Below are positions 22,442 through 32,132 of a stretch of DNA of 64,000 bases, piece by piece. Under the pieces are notes generated by a model, which did no database searches, was not told where the DNA came from, and saw only the letters and a program-made list of their open reading frames with translations. A program made the translations under genes and the position numbers. Within the stretch, counting starts at the first letter, position 1. Every line of letters begins with the position of its first letter. Source of the DNA: Planctomycetes bacterium ADurb.Bin069 (GTDB taxonomy: Bacteria > Planctomycetota > UBA8108 > UBA8890 > UBA8898); assembly GCA_002070955.1 (NCBI GenBank), contig MWEK01000012.1:35514-99513 (forward strand), written 5' to 3'.

Positions 22442-23878
22442 TCAACGCCCCTCGGGGGGCGCGAGGAGGATGCGGTCGCCCTCGACGAGACCTTCCAGAA
22501 TCTCGATCCGATCGCCTGAACGGGGGCCGGTCTTCACCGCGCGCTTGACCGGGCCTTCCGCCAGGAGGAGGTAGACGCTGCGCGCGTTCGGATCGAAGGG
22601 ATCGGCGGCGACGGCCCGGGCCGGCACCGCGATGGTCTCTCGCTTTTCGTAGGCGTTGATCGTCACGGCGCAGCGCATGCCGGGCGCGATGCATTCCCTG
22701 TCCTGGGGGATCGACACCGTCAATTCGGCTCCGAACGTCTCGGGCGCCAGGGGAATGGCATCGATGCGGCGCAGGATGGCGGTGCACGCCGTCTCCGGCG
22801 CGGCCGCCGGCCGGGCAAAACCCTGCATCCCGGCCCGCAGATGCTCCAGATCCTTCTCCGCCAGCTTGGCGACGATGCGCAGCGGCCGCGGATCGACCAC
22901 CGTGAAGACGACTTGGCCGGAGGCGATGGTGCCGCCGCGGCGCAGCTTGGCCGCGGCCTGGAGCGCGTCGCCCCATTCTCCGAAAACGCAGGCGCCGTAG
23001 TAAACGATGCCGCTCATGGGCGCCTTGACCTCCATGATGCCGCGGTCGGCCTCGAGCCGGGCGAGCCTTTCCCGGGCGCGGCGGAGTTCCAGGCGCGTCT
23101 TCTCCGCCGCCAGGCGCTGCTTGTTCAGGGAGGCGGGGACGGAGGTCTGCGCGCGCCGCCAGGCGATGTCGGCGCGGGCGGCCTCATCCTCCAAGCTCAG
23201 GAGCTGGCGCGGCAGGGAGACTTCGAGGACGCGGGCGCACTGCAGGCGCGCGCGCTCGAGGGCGAACTCCGCGCGCTCGACGCTGTTGCGCTGGCGCGTC
23301 AGGACGATCTCCTCGGTCTCTTCGGTGAGTTCGTCGGCCTTGTACATTTTCTCGAGCTGCGCGAGCTCCTCGCGTTCGTACTGGAGCACTTGAGTCGCGG
23401 ACTTGAGATCGAACTGCGCCGACTTTTCCCCTTGAGGCCGGTCGATGCGGATGTAGCGCTCGAGGTTCTCCTGCGCGTGGCGGCGGGCCTTCTCCGCCCC
23501 CGCCAAGTCGAGAGCGGCGGTTTTTTCGGCCGCCTGCAGCGCGGTCTCGGCCTGGGCCGCGTCGATCTCCATGGCGCGGATCTCCGCTCTCAGGTCATGG
23601 ATGGCCTTGTCCAGATCGTCGACGGCGAGCCGCAGGAGCAGATCGCCCTTCCCGACCCGCGTCCCGTGAGCGACGGCGTCGATGACCTCCAGCGTCCTCC
23701 ATTCCTTGGGCCGGAGGACGACTTCGGCGGCATGTTCCGCCTCGAAAACGCCCTTGAGTTCGCTCGTGATGACGAAGGGCCCCTTGGCGACCGTGTGGGT
23801 CGCGGGGGGGTCGTCCGCCGCGCAAGCGGCCGCCGCGAGGGCCAGACAAGCCAAGGTGCCGATAATGCGTTTAGGCAT
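22442..23878 (-). CDS. HlyD-family membrane fusion/periplasmic adaptor protein (efflux or secretion)
   Basis: ATG at 23878 with AGGAGA 7 nt upstream. Signal/anchor sequence, long coiled-coil segments and a C-terminal beta-barrel region (MSGIVYYGA...VVFTVVD) fit HlyD/RND-adaptor architecture. Confidence 0.7.
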   Translation of the reverse strand: MPKRIIGTLACLALAAAACAADDPPATHTVAKGPFVITSELKGVFEAEHAAEVVLRPKEWRTLEVIDAVAHGTRVGKGDLLLRLAVDDLDKAIHDLRAEIRAMEIDAAQAETALQAAEKTAALDLAGAEKARRHAQENLERYIRIDRPQGEKSAQFDLKSATQVLQYEREELAQLEKMYKADELTEETEEIVLTRQRNSVERAEFALERARLQCARVLEVSLPRQLLSLEDEAARADIAWRRAQTSVPASLNKQRLAAEKTRLELRRARERLARLEADRGIMEVKAPMSGIVYYGACVFGEWGDALQAAAKLRRGGTIASGQVVFTVVDPRPLRIVAKLAEKDLEHLRAGMQGFARPAAAPETACTAILRRIDAIPLAPETFGAELTVSIPQDRECIAPGMRCAVTINAYEKRETIAVPARAVAADPFDPNARSVYLLLAEGPVKRAVKTGPRSGDRIEILEGLVEGDRILLAPPEGR

Positions 23879-24086
23879 AGAAGTTTCTCCTCTCGTGGGC
23901 CGCCGGAACGAGGGCGGTATCAATCATCTTCGAACGGCGCGGGCGCGCGGGTGAAGGCGATTTCGGGCCGCGCCGCTCCGGTCCGATTGTACGGCCCGCC
24001 GCGGAGGGATACCATAGATCGTTCCGCGCGGGGGTTCGGCGCGCTCGCGGCCGCGCGGGGCGCTCCGGACCCGCGGAGGGCGACGC

Positions 24087-25334
24087 ATGAAACAAACACC
24101 CAAGGGGCTCCGGCTCCACATCGGTATTTTCGGCCGGCGCAACGTCGGCAAGTCCTCGCTCCTGAACGCGCTGACGCGGCAGACGGTTTCGATCGTGTCC
24201 GACGTCGCCGGAACCACCACCGATCCGGTGGAAAAGCCCATGGAGCTTCCGCCGATCGGCCCGGTTCAGTTCATCGACACGGCGGGCATCGACGACCCGA
24301 GCGCGGTGGGAGAGCAGAGGGTCGCCCGCACGCGCCAAGTGTTCGATCGGACCGATGTGGGCATCCTGGTGGCCGAGGCGGCCGTATGGGGGCCTTACGA
24401 GGACATGATCCTCGCCGAGCTGGCGCGGCGCCGCGTTCCCGCGGTGGTGGTGTTCAACAAGGCCGACCGCGGCGCGCCGTCCCCGGAGGCGTCCGGGGCG
24501 GCGGCCAAGGCCGGCGCGCGGACCGTCACGGCCATCGCCACGCGGGGCGAGGGAATCCTCGACCTCAGGAACGCCCTCATCGAGGCCGCGCCCGAGGAGT
24601 ACATCGACGCGCCCCCGCTCATCGCCGATCTGGTCGCCCCGGGGCAGTGTATCGTGCTCGTTGTGCCCATCGACAAGGAAGCCCCCAAAGGCCGCCTCAT
24701 CCTGCCGCAGGTGCAGACCATCCGGGAGATCCTCGATTCCGATGCGTACTGCCTGGTCGTCAAGGAGCGCGAGCTTGCCGACGCGCTCGGGCGCCTGGCG
24801 CGGCCTCCCAGTCTGGTCGTCACCGATTCGCAGGCGTTCGCCAAGGTCGCCGCCGACACGCCGGCGGAGATTCCCCTCACGTCCTTTTCGATCCTCTTCG
24901 CCCGGGCCAAAGGGGATCTGGGCGAGTTCGCGCGGGGCGCCATGTCCATCGATTCCCTGAAGCCCGGCGACGCCGTTCTCATCGCCGAATCCTGCGCCCA
25001 TCACCCGATCGGGGACGACATCGGCCGCGTGAAAATTCCCCGTTGGCTCACGCGCTACGTGGGAGGGGCGCTGCGCTTCACCACGGTCCAGGGGCACGGC
25101 CTGCCCGACGACCTGGCGCAGTACCGCCTCGTCGTCCACTGCGGCGCGTGCATGTGGAATCGCAGGGAGGTGCTCGCGCGCATTATCCGCTGCCGCGACG
25201 CGGGGGTGCCGATCACGAACTACGGGACGGCGATCGCCTATTCCCTCGGCATCTTCGAGCGCGCGCTCGGGCCGTTTCCCGCGGTGCTCGCCGAGTACCG
25301 CGCGGCGCGGGCCGCCGGCGGCAGCCGAGTTTGA
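24087..25334 (+). CDS. hydF: [FeFe]-hydrogenase maturation GTPase HydF
   Basis: P-loop GRRNVGKSSLLNAL. C-terminal cluster-binding motifs ESCAHHP and VVHCGACMWNR are typical of HydF. ATG at 24087 with GGAGGG upstream. Confidence 0.85.
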   Translation: MKQTPKGLRLHIGIFGRRNVGKSSLLNALTRQTVSIVSDVAGTTTDPVEKPMELPPIGPVQFIDTAGIDDPSAVGEQRVARTRQVFDRTDVGILVAEAAVWGPYEDMILAELARRRVPAVVVFNKADRGAPSPEASGAAAKAGARTVTAIATRGEGILDLRNALIEAAPEEYIDAPPLIADLVAPGQCIVLVVPIDKEAPKGRLILPQVQTIREILDSDAYCLVVKERELADALGRLARPPSLVVTDSQAFAKVAADTPAEIPLTSFSILFARAKGDLGEFARGAMSIDSLKPGDAVLIAESCAHHPIGDDIGRVKIPRWLTRYVGGALRFTTVQGHGLPDDLAQYRLVVHCGACMWNRREVLARIIRCRDAGVPITNYGTAIAYSLGIFERALGPFPAVLAEYRAARAAGGSRV

Positions 25335-25342
25335 GGTTCGCC

Positions 25343-28300
25343 ATGATTAGGACGTTTTGCGGCGGCCGCTGCGCCTGCGCGGCCCTCGTGTGCGCGGTTC
25401 TGAACGCGGCGGACGGCCGGGACCTGACGGTGCCGCTGCCCGCCGGCCGAACGGCGCTTACCGACATCGGGCTCTACCGCGTGATTTGGCAGTCCTACGG
25501 GAAGGCGCCCGTGGCCATGCCGGATTCGTGGGCCGGCCACTTCGAGCCCTCCACGGGCATCTCGGTGGCGAAGTGGGGGCGCGTGCTCGGGCGCGAGGCG
25601 CTGCTGCTCCATTCGCCGTGGCGCGTCGCGTCCGGCTTGCTGCGGGTGGAGTACGAACTGGCGCTTCCGCGCGCCAAGCCTATCACGCTTTCCTTCGGCA
25701 TCGCCATGGGGCCGGACGTGGCGCAGCCCAACAAGAGCGACGGCGTCACCTTCGCGTGCACGCTGGCCGCGGGGGGCGCGAAGCGCGAGCTCATGCGCGT
25801 TCACCAGACGAAGGCCGAGTGGCGCGACTTCGCCTTCGACCTGTCCGCGCACGCGGGGACGACCGTCGTCGTGGCGCTCCAGGTCGAACCGGGCCCCGCG
25901 AACAACTCCGCGTGGGACTATTCCTTCTTCGGCGACGCGGCCATCACGGCGGGGGACGCGCGGCCGAGCCGCGCGGAGACGCTGGCGCGCCTGACGGGAG
26001 CGCGCGCCTACAAGGCCGCCGCGGGCGCTAGCCTCGCCGCGCTCGCCAATCGTCCGGGCAACGGCGTTGTGCCGTCGAACCTGCTTCCCTGCCGAAACTC
26101 CGTGCGGGCCGATGGCTCCGCCTGGCGCTTCGCCTACGAGGGCGCGGACTGCCGCGTCGTCTATACCTACACGCCGGCTACCGGCACCCTTGACGATTTC
26201 CTCGCCTGGGTCGATGCGGGGCAACCGTTCCGGCCGGCGGCGAGCGGCGGCGTCCTGGCGGAGGAGGTCGACGGCGGGCGGCTGCCCGTCCGCGGCGGCC
26301 GAGCGGCGGAGACGACCCTCTCGGGCAACACGCTCAAGGTGGTCTGGGACTACGAGCTCGCGGGCGCGCCGCTGCGCGTCGTCTGGACCTTCGGCATCGA
26401 GGGCAAGGCGCTCACCGTCGCGGCCGAATGCGCGGCGCCGCGCCTGATCGGCTTCTCCCTCGGCGAGGCCGCGGCGCCCTTGCGCCGGACGTTCGACGTT
26501 CCCTATTTGGCCGGCGCCGTCGCCTATCTGTCGGTCCAGAACGCCTTCGCGTGCCGGTACCTCGACTGGACCTTCTCCAACGCCTCGCAATGCCCTCAAG
26601 GGACGGCCGCCTACGACCGCATGACCGACGGCGCGCGCAATCCCCTTAGGGAGCGGGGTTACATCGCGGTCTCGCCCGATGTGGGCGAGGTGCTTCCCAA
26701 CATTCCCCACGCGCCCTCGCCGTACCTGGCCGCGCTCGGCCCGCGCATCATGCTCGACATCTGGAGCCACCACCAGCACAGTTTTGCGGGCGATGCCGAG
26801 AGGCTCAGGGAGCTTGCTGACAACGGCGTCGATCACCTGGCGATCATCCAGCACGTCTGGCAGCGCTACGGCTACGACGTCAAACTGCCCGACCACCTTC
26901 CCGCCAACCCGCGGTACGGCGGCGAGGAGTGCCTGCAGATCTTCGGCCGCGCCGCCAAGGAGTGCGGCTGCATCTGGGCGCTCCACGAGAACTACATCGA
27001 TCTCTATCCCGACGCGCCGTCGTACGATCCCGCCGCGCGCGTCCTGCTGGCCGACGGCCGGCCGTCGCCCGCCTGGTTCCACCCCGATACCAAGATCCAG
27101 AGCTTCGGCCTGAAGTGCAACCTGGCGCTGGGCTTCGCGCGGCGGAACTCCCCCGAGATTCACCGGCGCTACGGCACCACCGCGGCGTATCTCGATGTCC
27201 ACACCTGCGTGGTGCCTTGGCACCAGCTCGACCACGAGGCCGGCCAGCCCATGGCGGCCATGGCGCGGGCCAAAGTCCGGTTCGACGGCGAGCTTTTCCA
27301 GTACCAGCGCGACACGCACGAAGGCCCCCTCTTCGGCGAGGGGTGGAGGCACTTCTACTGGGCGGGGCGCTGCGACGGCGTCGAGGCTCAGGTGGCGGGA
27401 GGCGAGGATCACGCGCCGTTCCTGGATTTCGATCTCTTGAAGCTGCATCCGCAGATGGTGAACCACGGCATGGGCTACTACGAGCGCTGGTTCCGCCGCG
27501 GCTACGACGCCGTGTGGGGCTTCGATGCCGGCAGCGTCCAGCAGTTGGACAAGTACCGGGCCATGGAGCTGGCGTACGGCCACGCGGGGTTTCTAGGCGC
27601 GCGCTTGGTCCACAACGTCAACGCCGTCGTCAGGGAGCACCACCTCATGCACGCCGTGCAGCGGCTCTACGGCACGGCGCGGGCCGTCGCGATCCGCTAC
27701 GAGGTCGACGGCGTCCTCGTGACGGCGAGCGCGGCGTTGGCGCTGGACGACACGCGACGGCAGCGCATCGAGTACGATTCGGGCTTGGTCGTGTGGGTGA
27801 ACTGGCGCGAGGAGCCGTGGCGCGTCGAAGGACGCGTCCTGCCCCAGTGGGGGTTTCTCGCGCGCGGGCCCGAAACGGAGGCGTCCACCGAGCTGCGCGC
27901 CGGCGTCATCGCCGACTACGCCGAATGCCCGGAGTATATCTTCGCCGACGCGCGCACGTGGTTCGATCTGCCCGCGGCGAGTGTTCGGAAGAACATCGAG
28001 CCCCGCCTGAGGGATTTCACGGACCTGGGCGGCGGACGCGTGCGGGTCACCTACGAGTGGGTGGTCAACGACGCGCTGGAACAGGATTTCCGCTGCTTCG
28101 TCCACGCCGTGAACCCCCAGTACGCGGGCGGCGAGAGCATCGTTTTCCAGCAGGATCACGCCCTGTCGCGGCCGACGAGCGCGTGGCGCAAGGGCGAGGT
28201 CGTTACCGACGGCCCGTGGGAGTTCACGGTGAGCGGGAAGTACGACGCGTACGACCTCATGATCGGGCTCCACAAGGGCGAGCGTGTGTGCCTCAAGGGC

Positions 28301-28744
28301 GTCGATGGCGGCGCGAATCGAATTCTGGTCGCGCGGTTGAAAGTGGTCCGCGAAGGCGGGCGCGTCGCGGCCGTCGCGTGCGAGAAGGCGGGGCCGGGGG
28401 CCGCGCCGGCCGAGGGCGTGCGCGAGGCCGACTTCGCGGCGCATCGCAACCCGCCGGGCACCTGGGTCGATTTCGGGAAGGTCGCGACGGACGGCGCGGT
28501 CAAGGTCGACCGCCGGCCCGACCGGCTGGTCGTGTTCCCCTATCCGCGGGCGAGGGAGTTCCGCGTGAGCCTGGCGCTCCCGCCGGGCGCGGAGGCGGCG
28601 CGCGTGCGGCTGCGCGCTCTGGCCGCCGAGACGCGCGAGGATCTGGGTCCGGTTCCCTTCGCGTGGGACGGCGCCGGGCGGCTGGCCTTCACGGCGGGCA
28701 TGCCCCGCGCGGGCCGCTACGTCGTCGCCTGGGACGCGCGCTGA
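25343..28744 (+). CDS. Large secreted protein of unknown function (1133 aa), possibly glycoside-hydrolase-like
   Basis: ATG at 25343 and signal peptide MIRTFCGGRCACAALVCAVLNAADG. There is continuous codon-usage-consistent coding to 28744, and no motif I can assign confidently. The region upstream of 25343 in the same long ORF (22841..28744) is non-coding shadow. Confidence 0.55.
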   Translation: MIRTFCGGRCACAALVCAVLNAADGRDLTVPLPAGRTALTDIGLYRVIWQSYGKAPVAMPDSWAGHFEPSTGISVAKWGRVLGREALLLHSPWRVASGLLRVEYELALPRAKPITLSFGIAMGPDVAQPNKSDGVTFACTLAAGGAKRELMRVHQTKAEWRDFAFDLSAHAGTTVVVALQVEPGPANNSAWDYSFFGDAAITAGDARPSRAETLARLTGARAYKAAAGASLAALANRPGNGVVPSNLLPCRNSVRADGSAWRFAYEGADCRVVYTYTPATGTLDDFLAWVDAGQPFRPAASGGVLAEEVDGGRLPVRGGRAAETTLSGNTLKVVWDYELAGAPLRVVWTFGIEGKALTVAAECAAPRLIGFSLGEAAAPLRRTFDVPYLAGAVAYLSVQNAFACRYLDWTFSNASQCPQGTAAYDRMTDGARNPLRERGYIAVSPDVGEVLPNIPHAPSPYLAALGPRIMLDIWSHHQHSFAGDAERLRELADNGVDHLAIIQHVWQRYGYDVKLPDHLPANPRYGGEECLQIFGRAAKECGCIWALHENYIDLYPDAPSYDPAARVLLADGRPSPAWFHPDTKIQSFGLKCNLALGFARRNSPEIHRRYGTTAAYLDVHTCVVPWHQLDHEAGQPMAAMARAKVRFDGELFQYQRDTHEGPLFGEGWRHFYWAGRCDGVEAQVAGGEDHAPFLDFDLLKLHPQMVNHGMGYYERWFRRGYDAVWGFDAGSVQQLDKYRAMELAYGHAGFLGARLVHNVNAVVREHHLMHAVQRLYGTARAVAIRYEVDGVLVTASAALALDDTRRQRIEYDSGLVVWVNWREEPWRVEGRVLPQWGFLARGPETEASTELRAGVIADYAECPEYIFADARTWFDLPAASVRKNIEPRLRDFTDLGGGRVRVTYEWVVNDALEQDFRCFVHAVNPQYAGGESIVFQQDHALSRPTSAWRKGEVVTDGPWEFTVSGKYDAYDLMIGLHKGERVCLKGVDGGANRILVARLKVVREGGRVAAVACEKAGPGAAPAEGVREADFAAHRNPPGTWVDFGKVATDGAVKVDRRPDRLVVFPYPRAREFRVSLALPPGAEAARVRLRALAAETREDLGPVPFAWDGAGRLAFTAGMPRAGRYVVAWDAR

Positions 28745-28758
28745 GGGCGGGCGCGCCC

Positions 28759-29607
28759 ATGCCCGGAAGGAACTTCCGCCTCCAGGACTACGCGGCCTAT
28801 TTGGCCCGAGTGGGCGATGCGACCTACGTGGATTGCACGCGCCGCACCGATCCCGCGCGGGCGCCCCGGGTCTGGGAAAACCTGCGCGCGGTGGCGGAGG
28901 CGTACGGGCCGCCGTGGATTCTCCAGATCTGGACCAAGAACCCGCGGGGCGTCATGGAGTTGGGCGGCGCCCTGCTGGAGAGGCTGTGCGCGGGCGGAAC
29001 GACGATTACCTGCCAGCTCACGGTCACGGGGCTGGGGGGGACGGAGCTGGAACCCCGGGCGCCGGCCGACGCCCTCGGCGAGGCGGGCGAACTGCTTGAG
29101 TGCATCGGCGGGCCCGCCCATTGCGCGTGGCGCTTCGATCCGGCGATCGCGGGGCTTGACAATACGGCGCGGTTCGAGGCGCTTGCGCCGAGAGCCGCCG
29201 CTCTGGGCATCAAGCGGCTCGTCGTCAACTTCGCCTGCGACCCCGGCGTGTATGCGCGCGTCGACGCCCGCCTCGCGGCGGTCTTTCCGTACTGGCGTCC
29301 CGGACTTCCCGGCATCGAGCCCGGGTGGAAGGAGCGCACGGCGCGGGAGATCGCGGCGCGCGCGGCCGCCCTAGGGCTGGCGGTGTTTTGCTGCGCGGAG
29401 GGCAAGGCGCTCCGCGAGGCCGTGCCCGACCTGGAGCCTCCCGAATGCGGCAGCTTCACGTGGTTCTGCGCGCTCTCGGGCAGGACGCCGGGGCGCCGCA
29501 AGGGCCGTCCGTCGCGCCGCGGCTGCGGCTGCGCCGACTACTTCGATGTGGGCTGCTACGGGAATTGGCGCGCCTGCCACGGGTGTCTTTACTGCTACGC
29601 GGGGTGA
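28759..29607 (+). CDS. DUF1848-like protein with C-terminal Cys-rich cluster
   Basis: ATG at 28759. C-terminal CGCADYFDVGCYGNWRACHGCLYCY Cys pattern. The assignment to DUF1848 is from memory of the family's Cys signature and is not verified. Confidence 0.45.
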   Translation: MPGRNFRLQDYAAYLARVGDATYVDCTRRTDPARAPRVWENLRAVAEAYGPPWILQIWTKNPRGVMELGGALLERLCAGGTTITCQLTVTGLGGTELEPRAPADALGEAGELLECIGGPAHCAWRFDPAIAGLDNTARFEALAPRAAALGIKRLVVNFACDPGVYARVDARLAAVFPYWRPGLPGIEPGWKERTAREIAARAAALGLAVFCCAEGKALREAVPDLEPPECGSFTWFCALSGRTPGRRKGRPSRRGCGCADYFDVGCYGNWRACHGCLYCYAG

Positions 29608-29707
29608 GGCCGGCGGGCGTGCGGCGCAGCTTTGACGATCCCGCGGCCAGGCGCTACTATCGGTGTTCCGCGGCGTCCGCCGCGGCGCCGCAGGAAAGGA
29701 AACCTCC

Positions 29708-31267
29708 ATGCGACCCGTGATCCTGATCATACGCGACGGCTGGGGCCTCAACCCGCGAACCGAGGGCAACGCCGTCGCCGCCGCCAAGACGCCGAACATC
29801 ACGGCCTACAAGGCCGCGTACCCCTGGACGACGCTGGAGTGCGCGGGCGAGCCCGTCGGGCTTCCCGACGGGTACCAGGGCTCCTCCGAGGTCGGGCACC
29901 TGAACATGGGCGCCGGCCGCATCGTGATCCAGGAGCTCAAGCGCATCGACGACGGCCTCAGGACGGGCGCGCTTTTCCGCGTGGAGAAGTGGATCCGACT
30001 CATCGCGAGCTGGAAGGCCAACCGGAGCGTTCTGCACCTCCTCGGCCTCCTCCAGGACGAGGGCGTCCACGCGCACCAGGAGCATCTCTTCAAGATCATG
30101 CGCCGCGCCCGGGAGGAGAACCCGGAGGGCGCCATAACCGTCCACCCCTTCCTCGACGGCCGCGACACGCCGCCGCGCAGCACGCGCGAGTACATCGCCA
30201 AGTTGAACCTGGTCATGCGCGAGGTCGGCAACTGCCGCATCGGCACCGTCATGGGGCGCTACTACGCCATGGACCGCTCGAAGGACTGGGCTCTCACCGA
30301 CACGGCCTACCGCTGTTTGGTGAACGCCGAGGGCCGCCGCGCGGCGTCGGCCGAGGACGCCGTCGCGGAATCGTACGCCCGGGACAAGACCCCGGACGGC
30401 GTCGACATGTTCGACGAGTACGTGCCGCCGTACTGCATCGGCGATTTCGCGGGCATCAAGGACGGCGACTGCGTGCTGCACACCAACTACCGCCAGGACC
30501 GCGCGATCCAGCTTTCGATGGCCTTCGTCGACCCGGCCTATCCGGGGACGCTCCCCGCCAAGCCGAAGGTGGTCTTCGCCGGCCTGACGCGCTACTGGGA
30601 TGCCTTCACGGAGTACCTGATGGGTCCCATCGACGAGGGCGGCGGCATGGAGAACCTCCTCGGCGAGGTGATCTCGCGGGCCGGCCTCGCCCAGCTCCGC
30701 ATCGCCGAGACGCAGAAGTTCCGCCACGTGACGAGCTTTTTCAACGGCAAGTCGACGACGCCGTATCCGGGCGAGGATCAGGTGGAGGTCAAGAGCCGCT
30801 TCGATCCGGCCACCTTCGCCAGCCACCCCGAGATGGACGCCTACAACGTCACCCGGGAGCTGCTCGCGCGCTGGGAGCGGAAGCAGTACGGCTTCATCGC
30901 CGTCAACTACGCGAACGGCGACATGGTGGGCCACACGGGCGACTTCGAGGCGGCGCGCCGGGCCATCGAGGTGGTGGACGAGTGCGTGGGCAAGCTCGTG
31001 GAACGGATGCTCGCCGCGGATGCGCAGATCCTCATCACCGCCGACCACGGCAATTCCGAGGAGATGATCGATTACGAAACAGGCATGGTGAAGACGAGCC
31101 ACACGCTGAATCCCGTCGAGTGCATCTACGTCGCGAGCGATTCGCCGGGCGTGAAGCTCAGGGAACGCGGTAAGCTCTCCGACATCGCGCCCACCGTCCT
31201 GACGCTCCTCGGCCTGCCGATCCCGGCGGAAATGACCGCCGACAACCTGCTCGCGGCGCCGGCCTAG
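29708..31267 (+). CDS. gpmI: 2,3-bisphosphoglycerate-independent phosphoglycerate mutase
   Basis: The translation MRPVILIIRDGWG...SSEVGHLNMGAGR...ITADHGN matches iPGM metal-binding and catalytic-Ser motifs. ATG at 29708 with AGGAAAGGAAACC upstream. Confidence 0.9.
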   Translation: MRPVILIIRDGWGLNPRTEGNAVAAAKTPNITAYKAAYPWTTLECAGEPVGLPDGYQGSSEVGHLNMGAGRIVIQELKRIDDGLRTGALFRVEKWIRLIASWKANRSVLHLLGLLQDEGVHAHQEHLFKIMRRAREENPEGAITVHPFLDGRDTPPRSTREYIAKLNLVMREVGNCRIGTVMGRYYAMDRSKDWALTDTAYRCLVNAEGRRAASAEDAVAESYARDKTPDGVDMFDEYVPPYCIGDFAGIKDGDCVLHTNYRQDRAIQLSMAFVDPAYPGTLPAKPKVVFAGLTRYWDAFTEYLMGPIDEGGGMENLLGEVISRAGLAQLRIAETQKFRHVTSFFNGKSTTPYPGEDQVEVKSRFDPATFASHPEMDAYNVTRELLARWERKQYGFIAVNYANGDMVGHTGDFEAARRAIEVVDECVGKLVERMLAADAQILITADHGNSEEMIDYETGMVKTSHTLNPVECIYVASDSPGVKLRERGKLSDIAPTVLTLLGLPIPAEMTADNLLAAPA

Positions 31268-32037
31268 ACATCGAATTCCGCCGCGAGGAAAGTGTGGTCC
31301 GAGGGTTTCGGGCCGAGGCGGGGCGCCAGGTCGACGTAGGCGGCCGCGGACTTGGCGGCGAGGGGCGCCGTGGCGAGGATGTGGTCGATGCGCCAGCCCA
31401 TGCCGCGCTTGGCGGCGTTCGGCGTCCGGTAGTCGAAGAAGGTGTACTGGCCCGGCTCGGGGCGGTGCTTCCTGAACACGTCGACAAAGCCCCACCGCAC
31501 GACGTCCGCGAAGGCTCGGCGGACATCCACGTGGTAGCAGACGTGGTCCTCCTGCTCCTCGGCGTTGTGGATGTCCATGGCCTCGGGAGCGACGTTGAGA
31601 TCGCCCAGCCAGACCAGCGGCGTTCGAGGGGTGAAGTGCCGCGCGAAGTACTCCTTGAGCCGCGCGAACCACTGGAGCTTGTATTGATACATCGCGTGCT
31701 CGATGTCGCGGCCCTGCGGGACGTAGGTGTTGACGATGTGGATTTTGCCGACCTTGGCGTGCACGAGGCGGGTCTCGTCGGCCGGCCCGCCGTCGTCCAG
31801 GCCGAAGCGCACCTCCGCCGGCGCGCTCTTCGCGATGAGCGCGACGCCGTTGTACGCCTTCTCCCCGCGGTAGACCACCGCGTAGCCGGCGCCTTCGATC
31901 GCTTCGGCGGGAAAGGCCTCGTCGACCGTCTTCGTCTCCTGCAGGCAGAGAACGTCGGGCGCCTGGGCGGCGAGCCACGCCGTGACGACGCCGATGCGCG
32001 AGCGGATCGAATTCGCGTTGAACGTTGCAATCTTCAT
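31264..32037 (-). CDS. xth: Exodeoxyribonuclease III
   Basis: The translation MKIATFNANSIRSR...VLCLQETK...GDLNVAP...DHILAT shows the EEP-nuclease/ExoIII signature. ATG at 32037. Confidence 0.9.
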   Translation of the reverse strand: MKIATFNANSIRSRIGVVTAWLAAQAPDVLCLQETKTVDEAFPAEAIEGAGYAVVYRGEKAYNGVALIAKSAPAEVRFGLDDGGPADETRLVHAKVGKIHIVNTYVPQGRDIEHAMYQYKLQWFARLKEYFARHFTPRTPLVWLGDLNVAPEAMDIHNAEEQEDHVCYHVDVRRAFADVVRWGFVDVFRKHRPEPGQYTFFDYRTPNAAKRGMGWRIDHILATAPLAAKSAAAYVDLAPRLGPKPSDHTFLAAEFDV

Positions 32038-32132
32038 GTGAGTCTGCTCCACTGTGAGGAGCCGCGGCGCGGACCGTTCCGGCGGTTGAGTGTACCCGCC
32101 CGCGCCCGCGGCTTCAACGAGTCGAGCCGCGC

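Noticed and set aside
22841-25342. 5' two-thirds of the 1967-aa ORF 22841..28744
   Set aside because: Upstream of the ATG at 25343 the frame runs through the HlyD-like gene (antisense) and hydF (other frame) and translates to low-complexity sequence. The real gene starts at 25343, with a signal peptide.
25238-27583. 781-aa minus-strand ORF
   Set aside because: It is antisense to the 1133-aa secreted protein gene, with an Arg-rich shadow translation.
29657-31978. 773-aa minus-strand ORF
   Set aside because: It is antisense to gpmI and xth, both of which have unmistakable catalytic motifs.
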